Shown: one piece after another, positions 20,748 to 32,854 of the stretch
How the letters are laid out: every line of letters begins with the position of its first letter
Numbering within the stretch: the first letter of the stretch is position 1
Assembly: GCA_003614675.1 (NCBI GenBank)
Contig: ML002269.1
Span: 1 to 52,858, forward strand
DNA: 52,858 nucleotides
DNA from: Dimargaris cristalligena
Lineage: Eukaryota
Direction: 5' to 3'
Position numbers and translations under genes: made by a program
Notes under the pieces: generated by a model
The model's input: the letters and a program-made list of their open reading frames with translations, nothing else
What the model was told of the DNA's origin: nothing
Database searches by the model: none

Positions 20748-23599
20748 ACAGGAGCACCTATTTCTAATACGTATCCCAGCTACACACACACCATGATGCA
20801 CCTACGACCTAGAATGGCCTGTGCACTCCGACCCAAGGCACAAATTAAATAAACAACGCGCTGCATACCGACTATGGCTCGTTAATTTCCGGAATCGGTG
20901 CTCAACGGAAGTAAGGGGATCTGCAAATACCTGATTCAGATATAATTGAGGTGATTTTCTTGGAGAAAATTCGCTCGAACCTTAACCCTGAGACCTCAAA
21001 ATGAGAATCAGGTTGGTCAATTTCCTTTACAAAATCCGGACAAATCCCTATTTTATCACTGGTCGCCTCGCCTATCGATTGAAGTGATAGTCGTTTGAAG
21101 GGCGATTCTTATTCAAAATATGGCCCCTATAATCTGGAAAGAGACGAGTGCGACGTGCGTATTTGTGTGTAGAGAGAGACAGTGATGTAACCCGAATCCC
21201 CCTATCCCTATCCCTAGCATTCCTCCTAATATATATATATATACATATGATTGACTCTAAGGGCTAGGTGGCGCAAGTCGTTCCACCAGCTGATCAACGT
21301 GGCCGAAAATATTCAAGGATAAGCGCAGGCTATTTTAGGTAGGGAGTATTTGTACTATCTCAACCTTTGAAGCTCATTATCTTGCGCTTGTAAATACCGG
21401 ACTTCTCTGTATCCAATGATATTAAAGACATTATTATATAGACGCGGTGACTATTGTACCGTTTAGGCTGTATACGTCTAGTGGACCAATCCGTTACCAA
21501 GTCCGCACCGTTATTGAGTTGTCAGCGGTGTTTACTCGACTACCCTATGCTCACCCTATTAGCTTGACCCATCACCACATACCGGATAGTATTTGAATAT
21601 TCAGATTATAATTAAGACAATGCCAAAGTGGGGAGTTAAAGCAACTTACTCTTTGCTCTAGCTTGATTGAAAAATTGAGATCCGGCAGCCGGTTACCTAC
21701 CCCATTTTGTGCGGCTTGGGGTTCACAGGGGTTGTTTATTCCTCCTACCCAATTTCCCATATGAGCATCACTTCCGAATGGGTCGGTGTGTACTGCTAAA
21801 CTATTTACCCTAATGGGGAGAAGGGGGGCACTATAAACTATCTATCCTCCTAATATGGCTGTTACTTTATAGGCTGAATTCATAATACAACAATCCATGG
21901 GTACCGAATACATCTCATTTTATTATAGTTAGGTACGGCCAAGACTCTTACAATACGCGGAAGAGCCAATTGCCGGCGATCTCCCCATTAAATAGTTTAT
22001 TAGAATTCTCAAGGTAGGGTATACCTAGAGCTAAATACTTTTGAGTTTTTTTCGCTGGTTATTTACTACGCTGGGCCACTTCGATATGTAGCACCCGGAA
22101 GAAATGAACGATACTCAGTGGTTACTAACCAGAAGTCAACTGAACTGGTTTCCTCTGATGAACTGTCATTACTTGGGTTTAGGTTGCTCGAATGGGCCAG
22201 TACTAAAATTAAGACGAGGTCTGTAAAGTAGTTTAGGAATAGAGGCTGTAGCGGAGCAATAATTAGTAGCGAAATAAGCAGTGATTGAAGTAGGTAAAAG
22301 ATTGTGGTAGAATAAAAAGAAACCAGATATCAATTGCGATAACCGATGTAAGATAATATAAAATTACTAAGTAAACGTCCGTATCAAATCGAAGTCTCGG
22401 AATGGGGTAGAAGGCATTGGTACTGTCAGCGGTATTTCAGCGAGAAATGGTCAAAAAGTCAATGAAGTCGATTAAGTATTCGCCCTTTGCTTTTTAGGTC
22501 AATTTGGCGACATGTACTTTTATACAAGGCATAGCCGATCCAAGGTTGGGGCTCACCGTCGCTCCTGCTCAAGATCCGGCGTTTCGCCTGAGGTACTGCC
22601 CATAAGAGTGAGTTGATATGGTCAAGCAATTGTTTAAATAATAATACCGCCTTATCATAATATCTTCAACCTGTCTGGCTGGTACGGTTAACTTATATAA
22701 CCAGTCATGGCCTAGGCAAATCTTTTACAGTCGACCAATGCCCCACATTGTTCAGAATCAATCTAAATGGACTCCCGGGGATATTAATAGAAGGGCATTA
22801 TCCCCCCATCCGAAAATATATTTGAAAACCAGATACAAATAATAATGGGCCATAATAGGAGTCCTTCGATGAAACTACTGAGGGAATATTTATATACAGC
22901 TATTCTAGTTGAAATTCAAGGTCATTGGATGTGGAACTAAAAGGAACATCGCTGATGTGTGATAAAAGCACGAGGTATATAAAACCAACGAATAGGCATT
23001 AGTAAAAATATAACTCCCCTATGCCGATATTGCCTGAGCGCTTCGTTGTTGCTACGAACGGAACAGATTTAATATCCGCGAATACGGTTCAGCGAAGAGA
23101 CCATATATACTGGTTTTTAACGAAGAAATCCACCTAGAGTTGTTGACCTAGCTTTTTACTTGGCACGATGGATAAAACCTCTCCCATGGGTTTGTGCGTA
23201 GGCAGTACGTAGATAAGTATAAAGTCGGGTGAAATGGCTTGAAGACAATAGTGGCCTAGGGCGCAATACCTGCTGTTACTACTTAAATGCCCTATAGAAA
23301 TGTACGATAAAGTCGCTGGGCAAATATACAGATGAACTTGTGCGAACCGCATAATTGAGCACCGAGGCCCGCATTAATTGGCTAAATTATTTAATAATAG
23401 TAAAAACCACTGGCGTACTTGGTCCAGATATAAGATGATGAATTTGGGATTGGGTGCATTTATTGAAAAGAACAGCAACAAAAACGACAAAGGGACAATC
23501 AGTAGTATTGAAAAAAAAATGATATCAAAATAGGTCATCAAAAATGAGAAGTGGTATTATCTTCCCTTTTCCATTAATATCTGTAAAAAAAAGGGACTA

Positions 23600-26338
23600 T
23601 TAGGATTCAACCACGGGCCGGTTAATAGTGATCTTGGGCGTGGTCCAGATTTCCCAGTTATTAGAGTTAATCGACGGGTTACCGAAAGGCTTGAGGAAGT
23701 GTAATTTAAGATAGTAGCTGCCGTTGGGGATATCCTTGTACAGCGTTTGGGCGGACTGGAGATAGTAACGACCGTCCCAGGTGAAGTTAACGTAGGGGGT
23801 ACCCCCTTGGTCAATATTACGGGACAAGTACCACATGCTGCCGTAGTAGACCGTGGCGAAGATCCGGTTGGGGGATTCGGCCTTATAAATCTTGATTTGA
23901 ATGCGACGGGTGGGGTGTTCCATGCGGTAGCGGAAGCGGGGGTAATCCGTCCCGGTCAATGAATAGGTGTAGCCCGCGGTGGTAAACGGCATCAGTTGGC
24001 CAGTGGTAATATTCAGCATGGACGGGAGACCCAGAGCGGGAGCAGACAAAATCGGGATGGTACCCAAATCACCCTTGAAACCGAGGTAAGGCACTGAGTA
24101 TTTGATGAGCTGACCATTGAGGCCGACTTCATTGGACATGGCCGTCACATACCCGCTGTAAACCCAGAATTGGCTATCGTGCAGGGTCGACGGTTGCGTT
24201 ACGGTTACTCGGACCACGGCCGATTTCTGGGGGGACAATTCGAGGGTATTTTTCGAGAAGGACAGAGTGGCGGCCCCGGAATCATACGATGGAGTGGCCT
24301 GGAATATACCTGAGCTATTGTAGGCCGATGCGGCGGCAGCGGGGAGATGGTCCAGCATGAGGCGGATCTTCTTATTGCCGTTATTAGTAAAGGTCACGGG
24401 AATCGTGCGACTTCCGCGTTTGAAGTTGCCTTGAACGGTATCGTTGAGGGCCAGTGCAGCCACGTCAATACTGACGGAGGCCACGAAAGCGTTGTAGACC
24501 ATGACATCACCGGCACCTTGCTGGGCTACCGATCCGACCGGCATATTGTAGGACACACTGCCCCCGGCCGCGGAACCCATATTCATAAGTCGGCGCCGGA
24601 TTTCGGTCGCCTTTTGGCAGTGGCTGAGTTTCTCAATCAGGAGAGCGGCCACGCCGGCCAGGTAGGGGCTGGAAGAGGAAGTACCTGACATCATAGTGTA
24701 CGTTCCCATGGTGGTGGGGTACGACGAGTAGACCTGCGATCCCACGGCGGCCATATCTGGCTTCAGTTCAAGCTCATTACCTGGTCCCCAGGAACTGAAT
24801 ACGGAAATCCGGTGGGGCGTAGCGTACGGGAACGGTTTGAAATCGAGATTGGCGGTGATGGTCAGCGGGGCGGATGCGCTGGCCTTCTTGAGGATATCGA
24901 CGAGATACTGTCCGTCGACGGAAGTGACGAGCACGGAGGGAATGTTGATCAGGGTGCCAAAAGCCAGACCACCGTCCAGGTCGGCCACTTGATTAATGAC
25001 GATCATACCCACCGCCCCGGCCTGAAGGGCATAGAACCCCTTATTCGCCAGGGGACAGACCCCACGAGTCACCACCACCACGCTGCCGGCGTAGGATTTG
25101 CTGTACGGGTAACAGCCGGAGTTCAGGTCACCTGTGGGATCGACCGCCAGTTCCAAAGTCGCGCTCGTAAACTGGAACGGACGCACGTCGGACTGCGAGA
25201 GGGAGCGGGGGATCAACCGTGTGGCATTATTGCTCACGGCAAAGAATTGGGACTGGTACTGCTCGGGGGTGACCGAGGCCGCGGAAATCACGTTGGCGCC
25301 CGAAGCGGGACTACTGGCGGTCCATAAATTGTCGGTGCCCGAGTTACCGGCCGCGGCCACGACCACGACATTCTGCCGGACCAACCGACTGGCCATCACG
25401 GCCTCGGCCGATTCCTGCCAGAGGCCCACAATACCGTAGGACAAGTTGATGACGTCCATGCCGTCCTTGTAGGCCTGCTGCAAAGCCATAATAATGGCCT
25501 GGGAGGAGGTGGCGCCCTTGGCGAGGCAGGAGGTGATTTTGTAAATCCCCAGAGTCGCATCTGGAGCCACCCCCTGGAACACACCGTCGTTACCGCCCAA
25601 CACTCCGGCCACGTGGGTGCCGTGACCCAGACAGTCGTCGTGCGGGTCGTCGACGGGGGTTAAGACGTTAGTTTGGTAGGTGAAGTTGGGCCCGACAATA
25701 TCCATGCCGTAGGCTACGCGACAGCCCTTGGTTTTGTAACACTTGCCGAACGCCGGATGCTTCAGGTCCAGACCGGTGTCCAAGACCCCGATTTTCACCC
25801 CCTTGCCCCGGAGTTTGAGCTGGCTCTGGAGCTTATCAACCCCGGTTTGCTGGTGGGTAAGAATGGGCAGGGCGGGCTTGGTATAGTTCGCGTCCGGTAG
25901 AGTGGATTCTCCGTCCCGGCGGCTAAGACTGGGAGGGGCAGTACCCACAGGTAGGTCCAGGGGGTCCGTGGTGTCCTTGGGCTGATAGACCATGGGGTAC
26001 AGGAGGAGATTAGGCCACACGGACTCGACCATGGGCAAGTCCGCCACGGCGTAGGCGGTCGCTTCGTTCATACTCAAAACGGCCCCGTTGAAGAGGGGGA
26101 TATAGTTGGTCTGGTTGGTGTACGAACAGTCCAAGTCCTTTAGGTTGGCGTAAAACTGCCCGGTGGTGGTAGTGGTGGTACTTTCGCTAAATTGAACAAT
26201 GTAGGAGTTGGGAATGACTTCTACTTGACCGGGACTCAGAATTTCGTCTGGAGGAGTAACAACCTGACCCGCCATTGCTCCTAAATTGGCCGTGGCCAAT
26301 AATAGGGCCAAAGGCCGGAAAACGTATCTACCTAACAT
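23600..26338 (-). CDS. Secreted S8 subtilisin-like serine protease B, full length, 912 aa (tandem paralog of A)
   Basis: Signal peptide MLGRYVFRPLALLLATANLGAMA; motifs IGVLDTG / HGTHVAG / SGTSSSSPY; AAAGNSG; PA domain 'VVVTRGVC....KG..ALQAGAVGMIVIN'; Fn3-like and C-terminal beta domains; collinear with A. Confidence 0.95.
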   Translation of the reverse strand: MLGRYVFRPLALLLATANLGAMAGQVVTPPDEILSPGQVEVIPNSYIVQFSESTTTTTTGQFYANLKDLDCSYTNQTNYIPLFNGAVLSMNEATAYAVADLPMVESVWPNLLLYPMVYQPKDTTDPLDLPVGTAPPSLSRRDGESTLPDANYTKPALPILTHQQTGVDKLQSQLKLRGKGVKIGVLDTGLDLKHPAFGKCYKTKGCRVAYGMDIVGPNFTYQTNVLTPVDDPHDDCLGHGTHVAGVLGGNDGVFQGVAPDATLGIYKITSCLAKGATSSQAIIMALQQAYKDGMDVINLSYGIVGLWQESAEAVMASRLVRQNVVVVAAAGNSGTDNLWTASSPASGANVISAASVTPEQYQSQFFAVSNNATRLIPRSLSQSDVRPFQFTSATLELAVDPTGDLNSGCYPYSKSYAGSVVVVTRGVCPLANKGFYALQAGAVGMIVINQVADLDGGLAFGTLINIPSVLVTSVDGQYLVDILKKASASAPLTITANLDFKPFPYATPHRISVFSSWGPGNELELKPDMAAVGSQVYSSYPTTMGTYTMMSGTSSSSPYLAGVAALLIEKLSHCQKATEIRRRLMNMGSAAGGSVSYNMPVGSVAQQGAGDVMVYNAFVASVSIDVAALALNDTVQGNFKRGSRTIPVTFTNNGNKKIRLMLDHLPAAAASAYNSSGIFQATPSYDSGAATLSFSKNTLELSPQKSAVVRVTVTQPSTLHDSQFWVYSGYVTAMSNEVGLNGQLIKYSVPYLGFKGDLGTIPILSAPALGLPSMLNITTGQLMPFTTAGYTYSLTGTDYPRFRYRMEHPTRRIQIKIYKAESPNRIFATVYYGSMWYLSRNIDQGGTPYVNFTWDGRYYLQSAQTLYKDIPNGSYYLKLHFLKPFGNPSINSNNWEIWTTPKITINRPVVES

Positions 26339-26482
26339 GGTTACGCTGTATCGAAAAATGGATTAAACTATAAACCAACGGAAAATAGAAATTGTGGTTT
26401 GGTGATAAAAAATACTAAATAGCTGGCATTAAAGAATATCAGACTCGGGCTTCACTTCAATTCCACCGGTACGTTAAGTTGG

Positions 26483-26488
26483 TTTATA
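26483..26488 (-). promoter_or_regulatory. Putative TATA box of subtilase B
   Basis: Minus-strand TATAAA ~145 bp upstream of ATG 26338. Confidence 0.4.
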
Positions 26489-29400
26489 TTAGAGGAAACC
26501 GGGACTAGGAGTTAGTAAAGGGTACGTTAGTTTCGCATGATCATTAATTCCGTAGAATGTACTCGGGTAACTAGGCGGGTTTAGCCTGCTCCGATCCGCC
26601 AATATTAGAATTAATAAATAAAATACGGAGTACCTGCCAAATAGGCCAAATAGGACATAAAATTAACAAAAAACAAAATGGGTTGTAAAGTTGGGTTTCT
26701 TGACTAGATTTCCTGAGGGGCGCAGACAGACACCTATATAAGCGGCCTGGTACTTTGGTTGGCCGATCACTCATATTAAACCTCGATGTATTCTGTATGG
26801 GCGGCATGCCCAGTGGCCTCCCAGTTACCACATTTATCCAATAATAGGAATCATGAATATCACCCATCGTTCTTCGTATATTCATCTGAACGAATGGGCT
26901 TCACCACCACCACATCATCGACTACGCACCAAGTACATCAAAACAGTGGACTGTAAGAGGGCGAGACAATGCGGAATTAAAAAGACGAAGGAGGGTGAGG
27001 TGGTGAGAAGACCTAGATGGTCAGGATTGTCGCTCGGTGGGTGGGTGGGAGGGAGATCGTTCTCCCATGTCACTGACACCCTAGGCTTCTCTATACTTGG
27101 AGTGAAGCCCAGGCCTGGCCTGAAGTAGTGGCGAGATTGCCCGCTCAAGCTGGGGGCACCAATCATCCTCAGGATGATCGACGTTATTGGCGGGGGTCGA
27201 AAGGGATGAATCGAAGCGGAGTGGAGCGAAGAAAGGGGCATAGTATTCTATTTGGACGGGTGGCACATGTTGGCCCTTCATTGGCTATTGGTTCATGCGG
27301 ATAAGACGAAGATGGTGCGATAAATGGGTTGATTTAGTAACCATGGCACCGGGCCGCTGCTATATTGCAACCATGCAATCTTCTATTGCCTTACTAGCCA
27401 CCCCAAATCAACGAAGTTGGCAATCCGCCAAGAAGGAAGGTGATGCCGGGATTCTCTTTATATTAAACCAATGCGAGATAAAAAGACAACAACATGACCA
27501 GCCGATTTGGGCTTGACCTACCGCTGAATTAGTGAACCCATCGATGGGAAACATCAGACAGGCGAGCAACCAAGTAACCTGCCGGCCTGACCAACCGAAA
27601 GCCATCGCTAAAGTAGTATCGATGGAACTTACTCGGCTTCCGCTGGGAAGCCGCATGCGTAGCCATGTTATTGTATTTTGTATAAGCCCGGTTCGTGATA
27701 ACATGTATGTTTTAGGTCCCGGTTCAAAAGCCCTCCGCTTAGTACTTTGTCCTCCAATTCGACAATTCCGAGTGGGAATATTACTCCCGAAATAAAAGAT
27801 GCAGGGCCCCTCTTCCACATTAAGCCAAACTGGGGCATAGAGGTTAATGGACATCGCCAACCAGTGTGACCGTGTGAGTATAATGGATCCGTGGTGCTGA
27901 AAAGAGAAGATGCTCCTCCTAATGCAGGCATACCAATTACCTACCGAGTACTGGAATTAAGGAGATTGTACCTGAAGTGGAAAAGGAAAAAGGTTGATCG
28001 TGTTTGTGCTCCCTTCTTCAGGCGCATACGGATACGTAAGTTATTTGCAGAAGGATACGTCGAACCAGCACAATTAATAAGCCCAGACCTCCTTTAAGAT
28101 CAGGCGGCGATTGTTGGTGGAGGGCTATTGGAATTCCGCTTCCCAGGTTTTTGATCAATGGGTAGTTTAACCATAAAAGTTGGATTGTTATGCATTGTTG
28201 CCAGCAATCTTGTTTACCTAGGTGTAGTCTATAAATATATACATATATAGCTTTTGGAAGCAATTTCAATCTGGGTAGGGATGTATTGCATGGGTTTTTA
28301 CGGCCACCGTAACCACTGAAGATTCTTTGCCAAAGTAGTTGTTGGGCATGCGGGGAAGTTTGGTTGATGTATTTGCTACGCACTGCCTAGATCATTATTA
28401 AGTCCAAATGAACCTAGATACTATAGCCCATGTCTCGAGTTACCCCACATAGGGTTAAACGTGTGGCTATTGAACAGGATACCGGCAGATGTGGATATTT
28501 TCACTGAAGCATCCATAGGGGATTAGCGTTTAGGGAAAGTCATTTAGGATCAAGTGTGGGGAAATACTATTCAGTACCCTTGACCATTCCTCCGCCGGTC
28601 ATTTTGACCTCATTCCGGACATCAACACAGTGTCGGCCTAGAATCCAGGAGAGGGCGGGGTGTGTTTACAACGTCAGGGACTCGTCCTGTTAACATGCTT
28701 ACGGCGGGGGGCTAATCATGTCCTGATATAAACCAGAGCAACACACACTAGTGAGCCCCTCCTCTCCTCTCTTGGGCAAATCATACATGGTATATTATAA
28801 TGGTAAGTAGTCACCCCTTCCTTGCCCGCTTGTCTAATCAACTTTTACGAACAACCGGCCTGAAGTGGTTAAGGGTTGGCGAATACCTCCGACGAGAAAA
28901 ACGCCAATACGAACGAGGAAGGATACCTGGTCCCCGGAGATTCGTGTTCTGAATGGTGGAAGGTCGGATCCCCAAAAATAGTGATGCCTAGTTGTGCGAA
29001 ATTCCCCGGCTGGCCTATAAATAATGTGGCCCAATTCATCAGATTATTGTTAATGAATATAATTAACGGCCAGCCAGTCCTCTCCCACCCATCCGTACGC
29101 ACCGACCCCGGTCCAACTGGCAGCTAGACGACCAGCTTCACCAATTCCCGTAAACTGTTCGCCTTCCGTATTCCCACCGGACTGGGACCACGACCTGAAT
29201 GATTCACGAAAGCAATTGGTGAACCATCATCATTGAAGAATACCAGCGGACAGCTACCAAACCCTGAATCCTAGAGTGGGTAGTATAGTACTGCCCAATG
29301 GGCTCCCATAAAGCAACTGCAGGCGGCTATAGTTGGTCTATTGGGCAAAGGAATAGTATAATTGCAGCAATTCTAAATAGCGTAACCCGCCTCTTCAATC

Positions 29401-29989
29401 TTCTCGCTTCTAATGGCGAATCCTGTGGCCTCATATTTACCCGGCGTGTTGTGTGACACCTGGGTTCACTGCCCCAATAAAGCTATACCGAAAAGTACCG
29501 ATTGATATACATGGACATCCCACTTATATGTGGCCCCACTCCTCTCACTCGAAGAGAAGCCAGCATGCTCAGCTGCTGCTTAGGGATCAGTATCCTCACT
29601 TACAATGCGAGGATGCTGACCCATTATGTAACTTATAGTAAAATAATTTATGTTGTATTTATGGTGCATTTTCTGAATAAAAAGGCCCGCGGAAAAAAAC
29701 CGCCAGGATCGTATATCAGATCCTCAGGCAGGGGGGGGCATCATGGTCCTCCTAGTTCAAGAGGGATATGTAAAAAATGGTACTGAACAAGATTGCTGGG
29801 AAGAAGCGAGTAGGTATGGTATACGCCAGGCATGATGGAAATGAAGTGATTCTGGACGCAGAAACAAAATTGGGGCAGGAAAAGAAACCTATTCAAGCGT
29901 GGTAAATAGCAGAATTCCACCCTTTCTTCTTATCCCCCCAACTGTGGTGTATGGAGGGAGGACAAGGATAATACACCTTAATGGTCGGA

Positions 29990-32854
29990 TTAAGGCGCAT
30001 TCTCGCCCAGCCACTTGGCAATGACATCCTTATCGCGGGCCAACCAAGCCGAGTTCAGACGGATTTTCTCCAAGGTCTGATTCACGGCGCGGTTAATCTT
30101 GGAAATGTCCTTATCGCTGAAGAACTTTTCCACCTCCGCGGCCATGTCGGGGGTGGAGAAGGTCTGAGCCACCACCTTGGCGACGGTACCGAGGTACATC
30201 ATGCTAGCCTTGTACCGTTCGACGAAGAGGGACCAGTGCTGCTTCACAAAGGCCCAGGCCTGGTGACGGGCCACCGTGTTGCTACCTAGGCTGTTGAGGA
30301 GGATGTGCATGTCCTGGTTGCGCACCTTGTCCGAGATGGCGTAGTCCAGGACCTGGGTAATCAAAGCGGGTTCCCGCACTGCGCCAATGGCGCTCAGGGC
30401 CAGGTTCTTCTGGTCCACCACGGTCGCGGACTCGTAGAATTTCATCACGTGCTTGAGTTCGGCCGCGCCGCCGTGGCCAATGACGGTGTTGAAGACGGCG
30501 GTCCGCAGGTTGGGGGGTACGGCCGACTCGTTGTTTTGCTCAAAGAAGAGCTGGAACCGGCGCCGGGCTTCGGTCAGGACTTCGGCATCGTCCGCCAGGC
30601 CTAACCGCAAAATGACGAGGGAGCGCAGACGGGCCAGGTAGGGATCCTCCCCTTCGGGGTATTCCCAACCCAACCGCTGGTGCTGTTGACGGAACAGACG
30701 GCGAACGAAGGCCTTGAAGTGGTCCCGCACGGATTCGGGCTGCTGGTAGAGCAGGGAGCTGATTTCGGACAGACGAAGCGAGATTTCGCTCCAAATAACG
30801 AATTCGGGTTCGGCTTCGTAGGACTTAAGCAGGGTCAAAAAGTCGGTGGTGGGGCTGATACCGGGGGGGTTCAAGGAGGCGGCATCGGCCACGATACCTA
30901 ATCGGTCAATCGTGGTGAGGGCGCTGCGGTCCGCTTCCATCAAGCGACCCAGGGCCTCAATGGCGGACAGGGGGTAGTGTACCCGGTAGACACCGGTCTG
31001 CTGGTAGTTGAGGATATAGTAGGAGGCTGAGGCGGGGATGGAGAAGGTGCCCTGCTTCTGGGTCAAGATGTCGTGGGACGGGGTTTTGGGTTGCTCCGAG
31101 TGCACGACACTGAGGGGGACCCACCATTCGACCTGGTCATCCTCGGGCTTGACATCGCCGGTCGACAGGAAGCGGGACTGGGTCACTTTGATCTGGCGGG
31201 TAGCGGCGGTACCAGTAGCCGGGGCCGGTTCCTCATTAACGGACACCACGGGATAGCCCACGTGGCGGGTCCACAGCTCCATGAAGTGGCTGACTTCCTG
31301 GCCCGAGGTCTCGGACAGGGCCTGCCACAGATCACGGGTGCTGGCGTTCTTGTACATGTGTTTCTTCAGGTAAGCGCGCACTCCCGCCAGGAACACGTCT
31401 TCGCCGAGGTAGGAGCTCAGCATCCGGATGACGCTCGCTCCCTTGGAGTAGCTGATGGCGTCGAAGATTTGGGAAATTTCGGAGGCGCGACGCACGTCCA
31501 CTTCGATGGGGTGGGAACTGCGCATGGCATCCAGGCTGAGGCCACGCTGGAACTCTTCCATAACGAAACTGGTCCAGACGTTCCATTCGGGGAACAGCTT
31601 ATCGACGGCGTAGTTGCCCACCCAGGTGGCGAACCCTTCATTCAGCCACAGGTCGCTCCACCACTCCATGGTACACAGATTGCCGAACCACTGGTGGGAG
31701 TTCTCGTGGGCAATCACGTAGGCCACGTACTGCTTGGCCTGAGTGGTACTGCTCTTCTCGTCGAAGAGGAGGGCGGAGGTCCGGTAGGTGACCAAACCCC
31801 AGTTTTCCATAGCGCCGGCCTCAAAATCGGGAATGGCTACCAGGTCTAACTTGGGGAGGGGGTAGGGGATATCGAAGGTATCGGCCAGCACGTCCAAGGT
31901 CCGGGCGGCCACATCCAGGGCGAAGCGGCCCTGTTCCTTGAGGCCCTTGAGGGTGTAGACGCGGCACTTGATGGGGGATTCATTGGGTCGTTCGGCAGTG
32001 TGGGTCTCGATGTATTCGAGATCGCCCACGACAAAGGCCAGGAGGTAGGTGGACATGATGGGGGTAGTGGCGAATTTGACCTGCTTGTAAGAGCGAGCAA
32101 GGTCCTCCAGGGGGGTCTCCGAGACCACGTTCATATTGGAGAGAGCGGTCAAATCGGCGGGCACGTTCAGGGTCACGTCGAAGGTAGCCTTGAGGGACGG
32201 TTCGTCCCAGCAGGGGAAGGCCCGGCGGGCGTCGGTAGGCTCAAACTGAGTCACGGCCAGGTTGCGCTTCTCACCCTTATCGTTGGTGTAACTGCTGCGG
32301 TAGAAGCCGGCCATCAGGTCGTTCAGAACTCCGGTGAAGTGCAGGACGAGGGTGATGGTGGAGTTGGCGGGCAGGCCCTGGGCGAAGGCGATGGAGGCGG
32401 ACTGGGTGTCGGCCTGGTAGGCGATGGAGTTGGAGGCCAATTTCTGTTCGGTTTTGGCGACATCCTGCAGAATGTAGGCGGCGGTGATCTTCAGGTCCTC
32501 GGCGTTCAGGGTGATGGTGCTGGTAGCTTCCAGTACCTCCAGCTTGACGGCCACGGTACCGTCGAACACCAGCTTGTCCAGATCGGGGGTGAGCTGCAGG
32601 TCATAGTGGATGGGACGGACGTTGGTGGGCAGCACCTCGCGGTCGAGAGCGGGCATACTGGTAATTGTGGTAGTAGAGAACGGGGGAAAGAACAAGTCAC
32701 GGAGGTTCGCCGGGATAGGCGGCGGAGTGGGGAGGTCAACGAAGTAAAGGAGGGCGCTGAAGAGGAGCAGGAAAGCGGCGGAAAGGAGAAAGCGCGGGGT
32801 AAAGGCAGGCAAGGTCGCGGGCTCCTTGCGGGGTTTATAAGGCGGGGCAGCCAT
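29990..32854 (-). CDS. APE2: M1-family zinc alanyl aminopeptidase (Ape2/puromycin-sensitive type) with N-terminal hydrophobic extension
   Basis: 'TQFEPTDARRAFPCWDEP', GAMENWGL, HEXXH-(18)-E as 'HENSHQWFGNL...LWLNEGFA', 'FDAISYSKG', ERAP1-like C domain. First ATG 32854 (CACCATGG); second in-frame ATG 32656 (MPALDREVLP). Confidence 0.95.
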   Translation of the reverse strand: MAAPPYKPRKEPATLPAFTPRFLLSAAFLLLFSALLYFVDLPTPPPIPANLRDLFFPPFSTTTITSMPALDREVLPTNVRPIHYDLQLTPDLDKLVFDGTVAVKLEVLEATSTITLNAEDLKITAAYILQDVAKTEQKLASNSIAYQADTQSASIAFAQGLPANSTITLVLHFTGVLNDLMAGFYRSSYTNDKGEKRNLAVTQFEPTDARRAFPCWDEPSLKATFDVTLNVPADLTALSNMNVVSETPLEDLARSYKQVKFATTPIMSTYLLAFVVGDLEYIETHTAERPNESPIKCRVYTLKGLKEQGRFALDVAARTLDVLADTFDIPYPLPKLDLVAIPDFEAGAMENWGLVTYRTSALLFDEKSSTTQAKQYVAYVIAHENSHQWFGNLCTMEWWSDLWLNEGFATWVGNYAVDKLFPEWNVWTSFVMEEFQRGLSLDAMRSSHPIEVDVRRASEISQIFDAISYSKGASVIRMLSSYLGEDVFLAGVRAYLKKHMYKNASTRDLWQALSETSGQEVSHFMELWTRHVGYPVVSVNEEPAPATGTAATRQIKVTQSRFLSTGDVKPEDDQVEWWVPLSVVHSEQPKTPSHDILTQKQGTFSIPASASYYILNYQQTGVYRVHYPLSAIEALGRLMEADRSALTTIDRLGIVADAASLNPPGISPTTDFLTLLKSYEAEPEFVIWSEISLRLSEISSLLYQQPESVRDHFKAFVRRLFRQQHQRLGWEYPEGEDPYLARLRSLVILRLGLADDAEVLTEARRRFQLFFEQNNESAVPPNLRTAVFNTVIGHGGAAELKHVMKFYESATVVDQKNLALSAIGAVREPALITQVLDYAISDKVRNQDMHILLNSLGSNTVARHQAWAFVKQHWSLFVERYKASMMYLGTVAKVVAQTFSTPDMAAEVEKFFSDKDISKINRAVNQTLEKIRLNSAWLARDKDVIAKWLGENAP

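Noticed and set aside
27400-28400. Possible decayed acyltransferase (minus-strand 'LPRMPNNYFG' and 'AFGWSG' resembling transferase motifs)
   Set aside because: Short matches in disconnected frames with many stops and no HXXXD motif found; cannot be distinguished from chance without tBLASTn.
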